DNA of 64,000 nucleotides from Octopus vulgaris (Eukaryota): NCBI GenBank assembly GCA_951406725.2, contig OX597822.1, positions 114,514,001 to 114,578,000 of the forward strand, read 5' to 3'. Shown piece by piece: positions 58,600 to 64,000 of this stretch (position 1 is its first letter; each line of letters starts with the position of its first letter). The notes under the pieces were generated by a model. It saw only the letters and a program-made list of their open reading frames with translations, ran no database searches and was not told where the DNA came from. The position numbers and the translations under genes were made by a program.

Positions 58600-59375
58600 T
58601 GTACGAAATACCTATTTCTTTACTACCCACAAGGGGCCAAACACAGAGAGGACAGACAAACGGATTAAGTTGATTATATCGACCCCAGTGCGTAACTGGT
58701 ACCTATTTAATCGACCCCGAAAGGATGAAAGGCAAAGCCGACCTCGGTGGAATTTGGACTCAGAACGTAACGGCAGGAGAAATACGGCTACGCATTTCGC
58801 CCGGCGTGCTAGCTCGCCGCCTTAAATATATTGTTTATTGACAAAATGATAGACTGGGCGAAATATGGCGATTTATTGTCACGTTGGAGGCTTAAGTGAA
58901 ATATGTTTAAGCATATTGAAGGTGTAAGCGAACACGTTTATTAACCTGCTGACGTGTCAATAAGCGACATACTTAGACAGTGAGCCGGCAGAAACGGTGG
59001 TACTCCGGACGAAACACTTAACGGTATTTCATCTGTCTTTACGTTCTCAGTTCAAATACCGCCGAGGTCGACTTTGCCTTTTATCCTTTCGGGGTCGATT
59101 AAATAAGTACCAGTTACGCGCTGGGGTTGATATAATCGACTTAATCCATTTGTTTGTCCTTGTTTGTCCCTTCTGTGTTTAGCCCCTTGTGGGTAGTAAA
59201 GAAATAGGTATTTCATCTGTCTTTACGTTCTGAGTTCAAACTCCGCCGAGGTCGACTTTGCCTTTCATCCTTTCGGGGTCGATAAATTAAGTCCCAGTTG
59301 CGTATTGGAGTCGATCTAATCAACTGGCCCCCTCCCCCCAAATTGCAGACCTTGTGCCTCGAGTAGAAAAGAATA
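58600..59375. mobile_element. SINE family B copies in divergent orientation (58600-58825 minus; 58980-59375 plus)
   Basis: Shared core motif. Confidence 0.85.
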
Positions 59376-59874
59376 AGAGACATATTTTCGTTTGTTCACA
59401 CGTTGATTTATTTGGGAACGGGTGCGAATTAATTCGTCAAATCATGAAATGTCAATTTTGGTCAATGACAGAAGGGCTCATTCCAATTCTTCTCAGTATC
59501 TTTAACCTTCACATCACCTGACAGCCGGAGTAGGTTTGTTTCCGTCTTCGCAACTTAATAGTTTGGCAAAAGAGAACGTTAGATTAGTCCTAATCTTGAA
59601 AAAATAATCTGCAAATCCTCGAGTTCATTTGTTTGGCTTAAATCTTTCGACACGGAAAAAAGATAAACTATAACAAGCAACACGTGATGCTTTATAAGAC
59701 CAACCCGCAGAGAGGCATTAAGGCCACAGCTTCACCACTATTGATAAATTGTTCAAAGTCGAGCGGCAGCCATCTTGGTGTGGCTGCATTACGGCCGGTT
59801 CCTATTTCTTCTTTTCGGGTTTGTCTGCGAGAGACACGATCAATCACATATCTAGCAGCTCTCTAACTAATGAG

Positions 59875-60195
59875 GTTCCAGCCATGACCAACACGTCTTT
59901 TATTCAGACAGAGTGAATTAGTAGCTATAATTGTTGTTTAACCCCAGGTCAGTCATGATCCCGGCAGACCTATGATCAAAGATGTTCCAGCTGTGACCAT
60001 CCCATTTTTTATTCAGACCTAGTGTATCTAGGACTACATTATCTAATGTGTAGTATTAGTGGCTATAGTTGTTGTTTAGCCCCAGGTCAGTCTTGATCCA
60101 GACATACCTATGATAAAAGATATTCCAGTTGTGACCATCGAATCTTTTATTCAGGCATAGTGTATCTAGGACTACATTATCTAATGTATAGTATA
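59875..60195 (+). repeat. Tandem repeat, period about 138 bp, roughly 2.4 copies
   Basis: gttgttta.ccccaggtcagtc and agtgtatctaggactacattatctaatgt each occur twice. Confidence 0.8.
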
Positions 60196-60477
60196 GGAGT
60201 TAGTATTAATAGCTACAGTTGTTTAGTAGTAGGTCGCCATCTTACCGCTATTAACTTGTTATACATTAATCTTTCATAAATATTTTCTGTCGTTAATTAG
60301 TTTGAAATTATGTCATTAAATTCTCATCAATTTGTGGTTTTGTATTTTATTGACAAAGTTAGTGTGAATTAGGCCAAAAGGTTTAATGTTGTTATTGCTG
60401 TTGGTGGCGACGGTGGTTATGCTGGTACACACTGTTCTCATTATGTCTATACATGTGCCTCTATGTGTGGCTGTGCA

Positions 60478-60621
<144 letters not shown>

Positions 60622-60790
60622 GACATAAAACCACTATTAGGCAAATCAAACAGTGAAAAACATAAACCAAAACAAAATAAAATTAATTAATATAATATAC
60701 AAAATATATAAAATATAAAATTCAAAATTTAAATTAATTAAAGTTAAAATTAAAAAAATTTTTTTAATATTTTTTAATTATTAATTTATA

Positions 60791-62075
60791 CGAGGGGCGT
60801 TCAATAAGTAATGCCCCTGACCCACTTCCCATAGCAGTAGAGCAACGAAACTTGGCACAGTTATTAGTCTTTTTCTACATAGGAACCACCCAGAGTTACG
60901 CATTTCTCCCATTGTTTGATGCAGCTCTGGAGACCATTTTTGTAGAAGACCCCAGCTTGGTCCTCCAACCACGACGTGACTTCAGAAATCAAGGCTGCAT
61001 CATCGGGGAAACGCGTTCCTTTCAAAAACAACTTCATGGCTGGGAAAAGGTGAAAATCAGAAGGTGCAAGGTCAGGAGAGTGGGGGGGATGAGTTCATAG
61101 CCGCACGCCTGTGCTTCTGATCTGGCGACAAGCGAGTTGTGGACCGGAGCGTTGTCCTGCAGGAGGAGGATGCCTTTGCTGATCTTGCCCCGCCTCTTGA
61201 TTTTGATAGCTTCTCTTAATTTCCTCAAAAGTGAAGCATAATAGGCTCCTGTAATTGTGGTACCCTTTGCCAGGAAATCTGTCATCACTACTCCGTCCTG
61301 GTCCCAGAAGACTGTGAGCATGACCTTGCCAGCGGAGGGCTGCACCCTTGCCTTCTTTGGAGGAGGTGAGTCACGGTGCTTCCACTGCATTGACTGGGCT
61401 TTGGTGTCTGGATCATAGTGATGGACCCAGGTTTCATCCTGTGTAATCAGTTTTTTGAAAAATTTTGACTCATCTTCTTGGCACATCTCCAAATTCATCC
61501 TCGAGCAATCGACGAGTTCTTGCTTCTGGAAAGGTGTGAGCAACCTGGAAATCCATCTGGCAGACACCTTTTGCATATGCAAATGATCATGAATGATAGT
61601 TTCCACAGACCAGGTACTAATCTTGACCTCATGGGCTATTTGGCGAATAGTTATGCGTCGATCTTCCAAAATGGCAGCCTCAACTTCACGGACAGATGCC
61701 TCATCAATGGCAGAAGGGGGCGACCAGATCTGGGAGCTGTTTCCACAGAGTTCCGACCATATTTCAATTCACGATGCCAGCGTTTTACAAGGTCATATGA
61801 TGGGGCATCATCACCATAAGTTACTTTCATTTCATCAAAAGTCTCTCATGGTGTGCGTCCTTTCAATTACAAAAACCGGATCACTGCTCGACACTCAACA
61901 GGCTTAATTTCACACTTGACTCGGTTCAAACACCTGTAAATCAGAAACCACAGTTAGTTCAGAGCTGTAATTTTCCAATCAATCTATAGAGATATAAATA
62001 ATTGCACATGCAAAATTACAGCTAGATCAAACAACTGCAAGTAGGTTAGAGGTATTACTTATTGAACGTCCCTCG
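60791..62075 (-). mobile_element. Full-length mariner (DD34D-type) transposon, frameshifted
   Basis: TA|CGAGGGGCGTTCAATAAGTAAT ... ATTACTTATTGAACGTCCCTCG|TA; QDETWVHHYDP, KVMLTVFWD, LQDNAPVH. Confidence 0.95.
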
Positions 62076-62084
62076 TACTTATAA

Positions 62085-62120
<36 letters not shown>

Positions 62121-63103
62121 TTTATATTTATTAATATTTTTATTTTTATTTAATTTTATTTTTAATTTAATATTTTAATCTTTTTTATAATACATATAAC
62201 TATCAAAGAGTATTAAAAAGTTAAATATAAGATAAAAAGTAAAACCACTACGATCGTTTCATGCCCATAACCTAATTCGAATAACAATAATTTAAATTCA
62301 ATTAATAATTCGAATTATGGTTATAGTCAATCTTCAGGTTAATGATAATATTTAAATAAATAATCAAATATATTTAAACAATATTTTTTTAAGAAATAAA
62401 TAAAATAATATTTTTCCTTATAAAAAAACTCTATTATCAAACTAGAAGTTTAACGATTATGATTATGTCATACAATCGATTATAATGCTAAATATTAATT
62501 TTTAAGTATTAATTTTTAAGGTAAGAAACCCACAAATAATCTAATCTCAGTTATAGTCAATATCTAATTGTATATTTTTATAGCTTGCTCATTATATATA
62601 TTTTTATATATTTTACATCGTATATTTTATGTATATTTTGTATATATCAATATTTTTATATATCGTATGTTTTTTTCCTTATTTCTATCTTATCCAGCTT
62701 ATGGCTGTATCATGCGCGGGCAAACATAAATAATCGGACTGAATACCCGAACACGCGGTTAAACCATTGGGAGTGAAGGACCCCTAGCCTTTGTTAGGGC
62801 ATCCTTCTAGGAGAAGGCAATTCAGGTAACTGGGATAACTCTGACATAATACCTGCGGCTCAGTGGTTACCGATGATGTTGACTTGTTCTACTTTTCGGA
62901 TTATGGCTGCTGTTGCTTAGTGAGTGGGATTGACGCAGTGCACAGCCTTTCCTCACTTAAAAAAATCTTCTTGCACAGGCATTGTACAATAACAACATTG
63001 ATTAATTGATTGATTGATTAAATTGATAACTAATTCATGATTGTTGATAGCGCTGTGAGTCTCAACAGAATGGCTGGTTGTAGCCTTAAAAAGCAAATAA
63101 TCA

Positions 63104-63850
63104 ATGATGTACCAAAACAGTATAAAAATAAATGGCAGTAAGGACTCTGAAACCACATCAGATGAAAGAGTCTGGCCCGGCAGTGGCTCCAGAGCATCAC
63201 AGTCTGTACACGGCCGTCATCATGCTACTGTGATAGAACCAAATAAAATATTGAATATTGGCTGTTGGAATGTACGGGCACTGCTTGACCGCGAGTCCTC
63301 TGAATGTCCTGAACGAATGACTGCGCTTGTTGCGAAGGAGCTTCAACGCTATGATCTTAACATCGTTGCTTTATCTGAGACGAGATTAGCTGGAGATGGT
63401 CATCTTACAGAATCTTGTGGAAAATATACATTCTTTTGGAAAGGAAGGAATGAAGAGTTTAGAATAGAGGCTGGAGTGGTATTTGCTGTTAAGACTACTC
63501 TTGTGGACAAGTTGGAAGAATTCTCAGTAGGGATTAACGAACGTCTTATGTCCATGAGAATTCCTTTGGTTAAAGGAAATTATATGACCTTGGTGAGTGT
63601 GTGTGCTCCAACAACGTACTCTACTGATGACGAAAAACTTTCTTTCTACCATGCTTTGAAGGGCATTATAAGAAATATCCCTCGGGCAGACAAAGTCATC
63701 GTACTGGGTGACTTTAATGCTAGAGTGGGTAGGGATTTTAACACATGGACTGTAACTGGAAAGCATGGGGTGGGGAAGTGTAATAGTAATGGCATGCTTA
63801 TGCTGCAGATGTGTGAGGAGCTGGGTCTGTGTGTTGCCAATACACGCTGA
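63104..63850 (+). mobile_element. RTE-clade LINE APE endonuclease fragment
   Basis: IGCWNVRALLD..ERMTALVAKELQRY..ALSETRL, GDFNARVG, NSNG..L..C; truncated at a microsatellite. Confidence 0.9.
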
Positions 63851-64000
63851 CACTATCTCTCCCTCACACACACACTGACTCACTCTCTCTCTCTCTCTCT
63901 CACACACACAGTGTTTCTATCTTAGGAACAATAAAATATTTAGAGATATGGAGAGATATAAATGAGAGCACACATATATGTGTGGGGCGAAGGTTATGAA

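Overview
Repeat-dense, AT-rich animal genomic DNA, most consistent with an octopus/coleoid cephalopod. That assignment is an inference from the SINE families, the microsatellite load and a [10 protein letters not shown]-type C2H2 remnant. Most of the window is microsatellite or decayed transposable element: Penelope-like, CR1, RTE, Dong/R4, L1/Tx1, Helitron, Merlin, Tc1/mariner, Chapaev3, piggyBac-type MITEs and several SINE families. Three things stand out. (1) On the minus strand at 47055-53375 is a two-exon, now disabled gene for a bacterial-type M4 zinc metalloprotease (vibriolysin/pseudolysin architecture: signal, FTP, PepSY, M4, M4_C, PPC). Its signal peptide is split by a 4.4-kb phase-1 GT-AG intron, which suggests a domesticated gene of bacterial ancestry. 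(2) On the plus strand at 34138-41694 is the 3' part of a RING-HC-linker-Death-domain gene. Its small exons sit in mutually paralogous intron cassettes, and one exon is a frame-breaking 21-nt STSQP-repeat exon. (3) There are several type-I hammerhead ribozyme motifs, in Penelope terminal repeats and in a 339-bp tandem dimer that looks like a retrozyme. All calls were made by eye, so element boundaries are approximate unless defined by TIRs or splice sites.
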